From positions 4,096,001 through 4,160,000 of the forward strand of contig OZ244048.1 of NCBI GenBank assembly GCA_965215265.1: a stretch of DNA of 64,000 bases. Direction: 5' to 3'. The notes under the pieces were generated by a model, which saw only the letters and a list, made by a program, of their open reading frames with translations, had not been told where the DNA came from and ran no database searches. Source of the DNA: Candidatus Poribacteria bacterium. GTDB lineage: Bacteria; Poribacteria; WGA-4E; WGA-3G. This document shows, piece by piece, positions 19,554 to 29,970 of the stretch; the stretch's first letter is position 1; the number at the start of each line of letters is the position of its first letter. The position numbers and the translations under genes were made by a program.

Positions 19554-21330
19554 TTATTCTGTTACCACGGTTTCCTCACCCAGCATATCAATAATCTTGA
19601 CGGCAACGCGGGCATCACGGCGCGGCAGCACTACCTTGTATTGGCCCTTGATAAAATCGGTTCTCTGCTCCGGCACATCACTCTCAACGATTCTGAAATG
19701 CGTGCCGTTGTAGTCCGTATCTATCAGCACGCAATCAATCTGCGCACGGAAATCATCTATTTGTTCGTCAAAGAGGGTGCGGGCTATCTCCAAACGCCCT
19801 AAGAGGCTCGGACTGATATAATCTACGAGGGTGATGGTGACGTGTTGCCTGTCTCTTTTGAAGGCAACTTCTGCTTCAGCAGGGGCGAAGGTTGTGACAC
19901 CGTCGCGTTGGATGTCCCGCACGATGAGTTGATTAATCGGGTGATGCTTGTTTTCTGCGTCAAGTTCGGTTTGTATTCCCAGCTCGCTGCCGTTGCATAG
20001 CACCGTTACCGAGCGCGTCTCATCAGGGCGGTGCTGCAGTTCGTCTTTGATAAGTTGAATATCTAATCGGGTGAGCGGTTTCGTCAGCTCAACGATTTTG
20101 ACGAGGGTTCCGTCTACGGTGCCGTCAAAGAAGCGGTCTTTCTTGTCCGTTTCTATGCCATACTTTTCGATGACAAGCCGATGGAGTTCTTGTTCTTTGC
20201 CAAAGTCATAGTTATTGATGCGATAGTGAGCGATGCCGCGGTGTTCGGCAATAGTTGTCTGGATGCGTTTCATTGTCGTCTGTATCGCGCCTCTGTTCAG
20301 ATCTGCGGAGATCCAGCGTCTGCGGAGTTTTTCAGCGATGACTGCGGTGGTGCCGCTTCCCACGAAGCAATCCAGCACGATGGAGTCTGCGTTGCTTGAT
20401 GCTTTGATGATGCGGGCTAGAAGAGCCTCCGGTTTTTGGGTTGGATAGTTAACAAGTTCTTGTTTTGGTATGTGGCTACCATTACCTATATCGGACCACC
20501 AATCTTCTATGATTTTACCGCCCTTTTCTACAAGTTCGTTCATCCGTTCTTGTCTTTGTTGAATAGTAACATTTTGGCCGACAGATAAAGAGGTTTTCCC
20601 ACCTATACTGTTTCCAAGTTTGTAAGGTACCCTTATACTATCGGCGTTGAATATAGGTGTATTCGATTTTGAATAAAAAAGAAGAATGTCATGCTTTCGA
20701 GGAAACCAATTTTTGGTATTATTAGGCCCTGTATATCCCCAAACTATCTCATTCCGAAACTGCTGTATGCCAAAGACCTCATCCATAATCAGTTTCAAAT
20801 AATGACTCATCGTTGGGTCACAGTGCAGGTAGATAGAGCCGGCATCCGAAAGCAGTTCGCGCATTAAGATAAGCCGCTCAAACATGAACTGGAGATAATT
20901 GTCATTCGCCCAGATGTCGGTGTATTGTGTCTGTTCAATAATAGAGTGACCTTCGCCTGTTAAAGAAGCAGGTTTACCCCCCCCTACTCCCACCTGGGTT
21001 CCCAGCACCTTCACCCATCGAGGTTCCCGGAATGCCGCGGAGTTTTACCTTTCGAACGTAGTCTGCACCACTAGCAAAGGGCGGGTCAATGTAGATGAGA
21101 TCTACCTTGCCACGGAAACCGTTGACGAGTAAGGTGGAGAGAATTTCCTTGTTATCCCCGTGAAAGAGAAGGTTCGGGCCCTCCAAAAATCCATCATATA
21201 GCGGCTCTTTCTCTGCGTTTTCAACGTTACAAGTTTCCACCAATTGGGCGGGATAGTTGCTCACCGTCTCGAGGGGGCGTTTGCCCACCCAATGAAGCAT
21301 CGCTCTCCCTTTAACCGGCGTGATTTTCAT
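19554..21330 (-). pseudogene. mod: Type III-like (Mod) site-specific DNA methyltransferase, frameshifted at a G8 tract
   Basis: N-part (21330-20974) has GDNKEIL and IYIDPPF. C-part has YLQFMFERL, YPTQKPEALL, DCFVGSGTT. The frames join if C8 at 20977-20984 becomes C7. Confidence 0.85.
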
Positions 21331-22053
21331 CGTGTTCCTCCGAATCTCCAGATTTTTCATGTGCCACAGAAGGCGTTTCCTCAGGCGGATTTGTGCGGAA
21401 GTGCTCCTTTAACCCGGAGAGAATATCTAACGTTTTATCCATTACGTTAGATTCAGTGACGCTCATCGCTTCCAAAGCATTACGTAGTTTCGTATAGTCT
21501 AAGTCTAAATAACGTTGCGTCGTCTCAACATTTTTATACCCTAGCATTTCACACCCCATGTAGATGTTGTCTGCTCAAAAAGACATTGCGCGAAAGACTT
21601 TCGCATGCTGTGGGTTGCTAAATTCCCGTTCAAACCTGCTGCGTCAAAAGCCCTCTTTAATACGTCATGTGCCGCAATCCGCAACCTGCTTTTTAAACCG
21701 CCACGTGCATTACGTTTCCGAGACGGAAACAACGGACGTGTCTCTGCAACCCGTTTGTAGCGTTCCTTATGCCAAGCGATGAGTTGCTCCACCGCAAGCC
21801 GTGCGTCCAAGTTCATTACCATACGCCGGGAGACTTCGCCCCATTTTACGATAGACTTGTCAAATACCAGTTCTGCTTTTGCCTTACTGTTTTGATAGAC
21901 ATCGCCAATGGTTAGTGATAGCAACTCACTGATGCGTCCGCCAGTCGAAACACCCAGCATAAATAGACTTCAGTTTCGCAAAGCAAAAATGCCATCAAAA
22001 GATGCCGCAACTTTCCGAACTTCCGAATTCTCTAATCGTCTTGTCCCTTTCAT
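21311..22053 (-). pseudogene. Tyrosine recombinase/integrase pseudogene
   Basis: MKGTRRLENSE...RN*SLFMLGVSTGGRISELLSL, HSMRKSFA, frameshift, then MLGYKNVETTQRYL. The catalytic R, HxxR and Y are recognisable. Confidence 0.85.
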
Positions 22054-22248
22054 CGTTCCCCCCAATAAATAAAGTATAGCACACTTGTAAGAAAATAACA
22101 AGTGACGAATGTAAAAACGTGTTGTTTGTCAAGCAAACGTCGCTCTTCTGTTTTAACGAAACTCAGGAAAAAAAAGATGCATTTTTAATTTTGCAGATTC
22201 AAAATACAGTTTTTCTGAACGGTTTTTTTATAAATTTCAAAATTTTCC

Positions 22249-22349
22249 TTGACATTTGCGAAAATTTAGTGTATAATTAAGATAATTTACGTCGTTATCT
22301 TGATTTATCTATAATTTTTCTTGACATTTGCTGAAAGTGTGGGTATAAT
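22249..22349 (+). promoter_or_regulatory. Two tandem consensus sigma70 promoters
   Basis: TTGACA-N17-TATAAT at 22249-22277 and again at 22321-22349. Confidence 0.8.
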
Positions 22350-22352
22350 TAA

Positions 22353-22371
22353 GATAATGAGATTCATTATT
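22353..22371. promoter_or_regulatory. Fur box
   Basis: GATAATGAGATTCATTATT versus consensus GATAATGATAATCATTATC, directly after the -10 box. Confidence 0.85.
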
Positions 22372-22406
22372 ATTTATATAGATCTTGTTTTATTAACCCT
22401 ATTTAT

Positions 22407-22425
22407 GATAATGATTCTCAATATC
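22407..22425. promoter_or_regulatory. Fur box
   Basis: GATAATGATTCTCAATATC. Confidence 0.75.
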
Positions 22426-22446
22426 ATAAAAAGAGAGCATGGTTAT

Positions 22447-23691
22447 ATGAAAAAACAGTTAGTTCTCCTTATCGGTTGCGGAATGTTTATCCTATCCTGC
22501 GCGATTTGTGAGATTGTGCTTCCTAACACGAAAGAAGCTGCAGAAAATCCGCATCCGTTCACGGTTTCTGGCTACGGTGTGATTAACTACGCACACTTTG
22601 ATTGGGAACTTGACCCGGGCAGACGTGCTGCAATTGACGTAGAACGGTTTGTCATTGCGCCAAAGTACCGCATCAACGATACCATTCAACTGGAAGCAGA
22701 ATTGGAATTTGAGCACGGAGGCACCGGCAGTACGATGGAATTCGATAAATTCGAGGAATTCGGTGAATTTGAGATGGAAATTGAGAAAGGCGGCGAGGTC
22801 ATTGTTGAAAAACTAGCCGCTGTTTTCTCTCTCCATCCGCTGTCCAAATTCCGCATCGGACATATCATTGTTCCAGTCGGGCTTGTCGCCAAGCGACATC
22901 GTCCGCAACACTACTTTACCACAACTCGCCCTGAAGCGGAGGCGCATCTCATTCCAACGATATGGCATGAGACCGGCATCGAACTTTTCGGCAAGTTCCA
23001 TGGGCTGAGCTATCAGGCACAAGTTGTCAACGGCTTAGATTCAACAGGATTTAGTTCTCGGCATTGGATAGTGCCCGGGCACCAACTACGGTTTGAAACC
23101 GTCAACGCTGAGGCACCCGCGTTCGTCGGACGGCTGGATTACGCACTCCGAGAAGGTGCAACCGTCGGAATCTCTGGTTATTATGGAGAGACCGCGGCAA
23201 ATCGTCCTAAACCAGATGTCGATTTTGACGCGCACGTCTCAATTGTCAGCGTCCACGGGTTCTATGAACTAAACCCTATCAAGCTCCGTGCACTGATGTT
23301 ATGGGGAACACTTGAAAACGCCGATAGACTCTCCAAAGTGAACCGCACCCTTTCAAATAACCTGAACGTCAAGCGCACACCGATAGGCAGCTCAGCGTTA
23401 GGTTGGTATATTGAAGCAGGTTACGATGTACTCTCATTGTTCAAGGATGCACAAGCCGCATCACCGGGGTTGGATGTATTCGCACGTTACGATTTTTACG
23501 ATACCATGGCGAGTGTAGAAGGAGTTATCTTTGACAACCCTCGATGGGAACGCACTACGTGGACTTTTGGGATTAATTACCACGCTCACGCACAGTTGGT
23601 TTTCAAAGGACACTATTCCCTCCGGCGGTTAGCTACACAAGATAAAAATAGGGAAAACACTTTTGCACTCGGTTTCGGTTTTCAGTATTGA
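22447..23691 (+). CDS. Outer-membrane beta-barrel/porin associated with imelysin iron-uptake loci
   Basis: VSGYGVINY, ELEFEHGG, HLIPTIWHETG, C-terminal LGFGFQY beta-signal. Confidence 0.75.
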   Translation: MKKQLVLLIGCGMFILSCAICEIVLPNTKEAAENPHPFTVSGYGVINYAHFDWELDPGRRAAIDVERFVIAPKYRINDTIQLEAELEFEHGGTGSTMEFDKFEEFGEFEMEIEKGGEVIVEKLAAVFSLHPLSKFRIGHIIVPVGLVAKRHRPQHYFTTTRPEAEAHLIPTIWHETGIELFGKFHGLSYQAQVVNGLDSTGFSSRHWIVPGHQLRFETVNAEAPAFVGRLDYALREGATVGISGYYGETAANRPKPDVDFDAHVSIVSVHGFYELNPIKLRALMLWGTLENADRLSKVNRTLSNNLNVKRTPIGSSALGWYIEAGYDVLSLFKDAQAASPGLDVFARYDFYDTMASVEGVIFDNPRWERTTWTFGINYHAHAQLVFKGHYSLRRLATQDKNRENTFALGFGFQY

Positions 23692-23859
23692 CATTAGGAA
23701 TCATAACCGAGTGAGGCTCCGACGAGATTTACACACGAGTTATCATAACAGAAGCGGTGATGGTACGGAGATATACAAATTATAATGGAATGATAAAGCC
23801 ATTACCTTGGGGTATGGCATCTACCATTTATATTCATTTCTATGGAGGTTAACCAAAAT

Positions 23860-24969
23860 ATGAAGTTCTATAAAGGACAATTTAGCAAGCCAAACGCTTG
23901 CTTCTATTGGATACTGTTTTCTTGTCTGCTACTTGTATTCGCTTGTGGAAGTGACGACGAAGCCGATGAGACGGAAAATACTAACGGTGAGGCTTTTGAA
24001 GCCGGTACCATGCTCAACGATTTTGCCAATACCGTGGTATTAGCCACTTATACTAACTTAGATGACAGGGCAGGCGAATTATTAACAGCTGTGAAAGCCT
24101 TAGCGGCTAGCACGACGCAAGAGAACCTTGTGAAAGCACAAAATGCTTGGAAGGCAACGAGAACCCCGTGGGAACAGAGTGAAGCCTTCCTATTTGGACC
24201 CGTTGACACCCAGGGGCTTGACCCGGCACTGGATAGTTGGCCGGTAGATCATGTTAACCTACAATCCGTTTTGGATAGCAGTGATACACTGACGGTCGAT
24301 TTTGTAAACGGGTTGGAAGATACGCAAAAAGGATTTCACACCATTGAATTCTTATTGTTCCGTGAAGGCGATGGGCGCAAGGCAGCTGACATCACTGAGC
24401 GTGAACTCACGTATCTCGTCTCAACAACAGAGAATCTCAAGGCAAGTACCTCGCAGCTGCGGGTGGCATGGGCTCCTGAGGGTGAGAATTTCAGTAGTGC
24501 AGTCGCACAGGCAGGAAACGGAAGCACAATTTATCCGTCCCAGAGTGCCGCTGTTCAGGAAATAGTCAACGGCATGATAGTTATCGCTGATGAGGTGGCT
24601 AATGGGAAAATCTCTGATCCATACAACGAATCTGACACAGCGCTCGTTGAATCCCAATTTAGTTTTAACTCTATCTCGGATTTCCAAGACAATATTCGCG
24701 GGATTCAGAATGTCTACATGGGAAAATTCATAAGCGACGGGCAGGGACTCAATGAATTCGTGAACAGCAAAGATGCAACGTTAGATGCACGTTTTCAGGC
24801 TGAGGTACAGGCAGCAATTGATGCCATCGGGGCAATTCCAGACCCATTTCGAGATTCAATTACATCCAACCGGGGTGCTGTTCAAGCAGCAATTGATGCT
24901 GTCAGAACGGTACAACAAACATTAGAACAGAATATTCTTCCGCTTGTTCAATCAAGCGAATTTAATTAG
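23860..24969 (+). CDS. Imelysin-family (IrpA-like) iron-regulated lipoprotein
   Basis: Lipobox VFAC, WEQSEAFLFGP, DSWPVD, GFHTIEFLLF, ESQFSFNS. Confidence 0.9.
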   Translation: MKFYKGQFSKPNACFYWILFSCLLLVFACGSDDEADETENTNGEAFEAGTMLNDFANTVVLATYTNLDDRAGELLTAVKALAASTTQENLVKAQNAWKATRTPWEQSEAFLFGPVDTQGLDPALDSWPVDHVNLQSVLDSSDTLTVDFVNGLEDTQKGFHTIEFLLFREGDGRKAADITERELTYLVSTTENLKASTSQLRVAWAPEGENFSSAVAQAGNGSTIYPSQSAAVQEIVNGMIVIADEVANGKISDPYNESDTALVESQFSFNSISDFQDNIRGIQNVYMGKFISDGQGLNEFVNSKDATLDARFQAEVQAAIDAIGAIPDPFRDSITSNRGAVQAAIDAVRTVQQTLEQNILPLVQSSEFN

Positions 24970-25071
24970 CACATAAACGTGTAAACACGTTTACAACGTG
25001 CTAATGGGCTATTTCGTTTTTGCAGGGAGCAGCCATCGTGCTGCTTCCTCAAAAAAAAACAGAAACTAAAA

Positions 25072-26487
25072 ATGAAAAATCTTCAAATCTTAGCGGCCTT
25101 GATGTCATTTGTGCTGTGTGCATGCGATTCTGAATCTCCAGTGACTGTAGAGTCAGCGCAGGTATTTTCGCCCGGCGCGCTTTCGGGTGGTGAGACGACT
25201 GTGTTTGATGCGTCTAGCCATGCATTTTCAATCCCTGCGCCTAATCTTTCAACCACTGCTTTGGAAAAACATCTCGAAGGCGATGTTGAATTTGAGGCAA
25301 TTTTTGTGACAGCTCCAGCGGTAGTGAACCCCGGCTTAGGACCTATCTATAACAACGTTTCATGTCTCAATTGCCATGCACGTGATGGGCGCGGACGACC
25401 ACCCCGCACGGACCAGCAAATTGTTTCACTCCTGCTCAGACTGAGTCTTCCAAGCACTGATGAGGATATACCCGGGAAGCCCCCTATTCCAGTGCCCGGG
25501 TTCGGGACACAGTTGAATAACCGGGCGATTGTTGGTACACCACCAGAAGGCAAAATCCAAATTGACTATACCGAGCAGGCTCTGATGACAGCCGATGGCA
25601 CGCGTGTCTATCTGCGCACTCCTAACTACACACTCACGCAAACCTATCGTCCTCTTCCAGAGAAGGTTGAGGTATCCCCACGGGTGGCCCCAGTTGTGTT
25701 TGGCTTAGGGTTATTGGAGGCAATTCCTGAAGAAGCCATCCTAGCTTATGCAGATGAGACAGATGCTAATGGAGACGGCATCTCCGGTAAACCTAATTTT
25801 GTCTGGGATGTGGTGAAAAAGCGAAACGTTCTGGGACGTTTTGGCTGGAAAGCAAATCAGCCCACGCTCCTCCAGCAAGTTGCATCAGCATATCATGACG
25901 ACATGGGGGTGACAACCTCTCTATTCCCAATCGAAAATTCTATAGGACAACCTCAACACGCAGCGGTAACTCGTTTACAAAATGAAGTTGGCGGCGCTGT
26001 ACCAGAAGTGAGTGACGACATTTTAGAAGTCGTGACATTTTATGTCCAAACGTTAGCAGTGCCGGCACGGCGCAACGTGCATACACCACAAGTCTTACAC
26101 GGAGAACAACTTTTTGTGCAAGCACAGTGTGCGAGTTGTCATGTCCCGACATTGAGAACCGGCGTTTTAACCGGCGTGCCATCTGTCAGCAACCAGACAA
26201 TTCACCCTTACACAGATCTGCTGCTGCACGATATGGGACCCGGCTTAGCTGACAATCGCCCAGACTTTCACGCCAGCGGCACAGAGTGGCGCACACCACC
26301 GCTATGGGGAATTGGCCTCGTAAAAACAGTGAATGGGCATTCCAACTTCCTCCACGACGGTAGAGCACGAGGACTAATGGAAGCAATTCTCTGGCACGCA
26401 GGGGAAGCAGAAGCATCAAGACAAGCCGTTGAACAGATGTCACAGACAGAGCGAGATGCACTCATTGCATTCTTGGAGTCGTTATAA
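25072..26487 (+). CDS. Di-heme oxidoreductase (DHOR / thiol oxidoreductase) lipoprotein
   Basis: CLNCH and CASCH heme motifs, GRFGWKA, YTDLLLHDMG, WRTPPLWGIG, LHDGRAR. Confidence 0.92.
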   Translation: MKNLQILAALMSFVLCACDSESPVTVESAQVFSPGALSGGETTVFDASSHAFSIPAPNLSTTALEKHLEGDVEFEAIFVTAPAVVNPGLGPIYNNVSCLNCHARDGRGRPPRTDQQIVSLLLRLSLPSTDEDIPGKPPIPVPGFGTQLNNRAIVGTPPEGKIQIDYTEQALMTADGTRVYLRTPNYTLTQTYRPLPEKVEVSPRVAPVVFGLGLLEAIPEEAILAYADETDANGDGISGKPNFVWDVVKKRNVLGRFGWKANQPTLLQQVASAYHDDMGVTTSLFPIENSIGQPQHAAVTRLQNEVGGAVPEVSDDILEVVTFYVQTLAVPARRNVHTPQVLHGEQLFVQAQCASCHVPTLRTGVLTGVPSVSNQTIHPYTDLLLHDMGPGLADNRPDFHASGTEWRTPPLWGIGLVKTVNGHSNFLHDGRARGLMEAILWHAGEAEASRQAVEQMSQTERDALIAFLESL

Positions 26488-26748
26488 AGTGTGTACTGTC
26501 GCACCAACAGCAGTTGGGGCAACCATTTTTCGTCTCTTTCAGCCCAACAACTCTTTATGTTTTGATAGGAATTGGGTGGGTGGGAGCACAAATCTCGCCA
26601 AAGGGTTCTGATGCTATGAATCTAAACAGAGAGAGAAATTGGGTGGGCGGGCGACGAGATTTACACACGAGGACTCACGACATAAGCGTTGACGGTACGG
26701 AGAGATACGAAATTTCGAAAATATAAAGGTAAGAGATTAACGATTTAG

Positions 26749-27003
26749 ATGAGGAACTCAGCCACTATGGGACTCAAGCTCTTCTTATTCATGTGCGCTC
26801 TAGCAACAAGTCTGGTTCTGTCAGGTTGTGAAAGCGACCCTATACTCGCGCCGCAATCCGAAGCTGCTGAAGAGACAGGGAGTTACGGCAACACGAATCT
26901 ACCAGTCGATGGAACCAACAACACGCAAAACGCTGTTAAACAGGATGGAGATGCGAAAAACATAGGTAACCGAGCCACAATTACAAATCCAAAACTCTTT
27001 TGA
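26749..27003 (+). CDS. Small lipoprotein
   Basis: Lipobox LSGC; lies in operon position. Confidence 0.6.
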   Translation: MRNSATMGLKLFLFMCALATSLVLSGCESDPILAPQSEAAEETGSYGNTNLPVDGTNNTQNAVKQDGDAKNIGNRATITNPKLF

Positions 27004-27023
27004 AAGCATAGGAAATAGAATTC

Positions 27024-29537
27024 ATGTATCTTTTTTTTTATCTAACTTGCAAACCGGGAACACCCACTAGGATAATACCCATTGCGATTATTTCTACCCT
27101 CTTATTCAGTGTGCCACACTATTGCCAAAGTTCAAATGAAATTAGTGGCAAAGTGATTGATAAAGAGACAAGACAACCGATTTTTTGGGCTGTCGTTAAG
27201 ATTGAATCAGACAGACAGGTTTTAGCCGAAATAACGACAGGCAAAGATGGCAGCTTCCACCTTATTCATGATGTTCAAGGGGAGAAACAGATTCAGGTCA
27301 GTTCAATCGGTTATGATTCTTACACCGAGATGCTTTCGCTTACTCCCGATTCAGTACACAATTTAGACATCTCGCTGTCAAGCCAAACCTTCCAACTTGC
27401 ACCGGTAGAAATTATCGGCGAATCGTCGCGTAGGCATAGAAAATTCATAGGGACGATGAGTATATTGGAGACAGAAGATGTTGATCTCATAAAACCTGTC
27501 GGAACACAAGAATTACTTGAATTAATACCGGGTATCAACGGCTATGCCGACGACGGTTTCGGAAACTCACGCTTGAGCATCGGCATCCGTGGGCTGAACC
27601 CACGTCGAAGCGCACGCGTACTTATATTAGAAGATGGCGTACCCATACAACCCGCAGTCTACATTTATCCCAATGCTTACTATAACCCACCCGCTGACCG
27701 AATCGCTGCTATTGAGGTGATTAAAGGCAGTGCCGCACTCCGATACGGACCGCAGACAATGGGCGGCGTTATCAACTATACAACACGAAAACCTGACGGG
27801 ACAAAAGGATTCGCGAATCAGTTGACGGGAGGCAACAACGGCTACTATAGTCTTTTCTCAGAGTGGAGAGGTATCGGAAACCCTGAAAAAGTCGTCTCTG
27901 ACATACAACTTCTTTACAAACATGGAGACGGGTTTAGAGAAAATAACACCTTCCATCAGGCAAATGGCACAGTAAAGACGCTCTTCCAACTCAGCGAAGA
28001 ACGGACTCTCTACCTCAAACTAAACGGTAATTTTGAAAACTCAAACGCAACATATACCGGACTGACTGAATACTCCTTTCAAACCGATCCGAACTTCAAT
28101 CCCAAAGAACATGACAATTTTCAGGTCTTGCGTACTGCACTCGACCTCATCTATACCAACAAAATATCAACACACTTGGTAAGCAATACGACAATCTATA
28201 CAAGTGTGTTTGACCGGCGGTGGTGGCGTGAGGACGATATTTTCGTGCGCCCCGCAGCACTTCAAACAGGGAATCTGGTGCCGGTACCCTACTTCCAGAC
28301 AGGAAACCTCATCAGAACCGGCAATCGAAAAAGTAACTTCGGTATTCTCCGTAGCTTCTACGTAGGCGGAATTGAGCAGAACTATACACTCAACCACGGA
28401 ATTGCAGGAAATGTGGGACGTGCTGAAATCGGAGCCAGAGTGCACTGGGAACGTTTTATTGACGATAAGAAAACCGGGGACGCACCCAATGCACGTGACG
28501 GCGTTTACTACACCGGCACACCCGGATCTGATGAAGATCCGGTGAAAATAGTAGGACAGAGCCACCACTATGAGACGATGGCATTGGCACTCTACACCAA
28601 GGAGCAAATGAATTTTAAAAGGTTGACCGTCACACCAGGCTTGCGGTTTGAAGTGTTTAAGCAGGATCGAGTGGACCGGTTGCACGGTTCGGTGCTGGCA
28701 GATAAAGTCTCATCAGTACTATTGCCGGGGATTGGCGCAAACTACGAGCTCGGACACTTTAATCTTTTTGGCGGAATCCACCGAGGGTATACAGCACCCT
28801 CCAGCGGCGCGCTGAAGATTACAAACTTCGGACAAAATGTTGAGACTGGCGGACTTGACCTCAAACCTGAAAAGAGTTGGAATATGGAACTCGGATTCCG
28901 CTCATGGATACCAGGGGTTATCTTAGAAGCCTCCGGATTCCTGATTAAGGTCAAAGACTTAGTCGCAGCCGGACGCGGCACAGCCTTCAAAAACTTGGGC
29001 AAGGCCCATCTATCGGGCCTAGAGATGGCGGTGACATTAGAGACATCAGAATTCGTGTCTATACTGCCCGAGCTTAATCTCTCTTATACATATCTCCAGA
29101 CAAAGATTGTTGACGGCATCGTGAAATCCGCTACTATCGCCGGTAACGTCTATGTAGAACTGAACGGCAACGAATTGCCTTACGCCCCACGGCACACCTT
29201 CACCGTCGGGTTGGCGAAACAGATCGCGGATGTTCTACGTATGCGAACGGACATACGATTTGTGGACGAAGTCTTCACCGATTTTGAAAATCTTCGGCAG
29301 ACTTACAATCGTGGCGATACAGGCCCCATTCCGAGCTACGCAATTGTCAATGCAAGCATAGATTACAGTTTAACCAAACAGTGGCAGGTATTTCTGACTG
29401 TCAAAAACATTTTAGATCACGTATATATCGGGTCACGGCTACATTCAAATGCTGGCCAACCTGAAGCCAACCTGAGCTCGGGTATCTTAATCGGACCGAG
29501 ACGACAGATACTTTTTGGTATCAAGCAGGGCTTCTAA
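27024..29537 (+). CDS. TonB-dependent receptor (FecA-like)
   Basis: N-terminal carboxypeptidase-regulatory-like domain, IGIRGLNPRRSARVLILEDGVP, IEVIKGSAALRYGP, terminal F. Confidence 0.93.
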   Translation: MYLFFYLTCKPGTPTRIIPIAIISTLLFSVPHYCQSSNEISGKVIDKETRQPIFWAVVKIESDRQVLAEITTGKDGSFHLIHDVQGEKQIQVSSIGYDSYTEMLSLTPDSVHNLDISLSSQTFQLAPVEIIGESSRRHRKFIGTMSILETEDVDLIKPVGTQELLELIPGINGYADDGFGNSRLSIGIRGLNPRRSARVLILEDGVPIQPAVYIYPNAYYNPPADRIAAIEVIKGSAALRYGPQTMGGVINYTTRKPDGTKGFANQLTGGNNGYYSLFSEWRGIGNPEKVVSDIQLLYKHGDGFRENNTFHQANGTVKTLFQLSEERTLYLKLNGNFENSNATYTGLTEYSFQTDPNFNPKEHDNFQVLRTALDLIYTNKISTHLVSNTTIYTSVFDRRWWREDDIFVRPAALQTGNLVPVPYFQTGNLIRTGNRKSNFGILRSFYVGGIEQNYTLNHGIAGNVGRAEIGARVHWERFIDDKKTGDAPNARDGVYYTGTPGSDEDPVKIVGQSHHYETMALALYTKEQMNFKRLTVTPGLRFEVFKQDRVDRLHGSVLADKVSSVLLPGIGANYELGHFNLFGGIHRGYTAPSSGALKITNFGQNVETGGLDLKPEKSWNMELGFRSWIPGVILEASGFLIKVKDLVAAGRGTAFKNLGKAHLSGLEMAVTLETSEFVSILPELNLSYTYLQTKIVDGIVKSATIAGNVYVELNGNELPYAPRHTFTVGLAKQIADVLRMRTDIRFVDEVFTDFENLRQTYNRGDTGPIPSYAIVNASIDYSLTKQWQVFLTVKNILDHVYIGSRLHSNAGQPEANLSSGILIGPRRQILFGIKQGF

Positions 29538-29648
29538 AAAAACGAGGCGCAATTCAAGCGGATATGCATCCTATTTTTAAACTTGAGCGTTTTGCCTTTT
29601 TTGTATATCTCCGTACCATCACCGCTTCTGTTATGATAACTCGTGTGT

Positions 29649-29720
29649 TGGCAGGATAGGTATTCTTTGTCTCTCCTTTCAGGAGAGACAAGATTACCTT
29701 TTACCTGCCAATCTATAGAT
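29649..29720. repeat. Palindromic mini-element, copy 2, inserted inside a dispersed repeat
   Basis: Interrupts CTCGTGTGT|AAATCTCGTCGG, which is contiguous in the copy at 23696-23779. Confidence 0.75.
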
Positions 29721-29933
29721 AAATCTCGTCGGAGCCTCACTCGGTTATGATTCTTCAATAGAAACCTATTGAGGGGATAATCCGCTGGTAGCAATACTGA
29801 TAAAAAATCAGATCTCGTTGTGACAGGGTTTAACGGCTCGCTGCAAGTGGCTTACCCATCTTTTTGCACGAACATGCTCTTAAAACTTTATCAAGATATG
29901 TCTATCAACCCTTAAATGATAATAATTTTCATA

Positions 29934-29952
29934 GATAATGAGATTCATTATC
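29934..29952. promoter_or_regulatory. Fur box
   Basis: GATAATGAGATTCATTATC, a near-perfect palindrome, just before the AAGGAG RBS. Confidence 0.88.
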
Positions 29953-29970
29953 TTAAATGAAGGAGTAAAT

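Noticed and set aside
21969-21971. In-frame TGA in the integrase as selenocysteine or readthrough
   Set aside because: The gene also has a frameshift, so ordinary decay is the simpler explanation.
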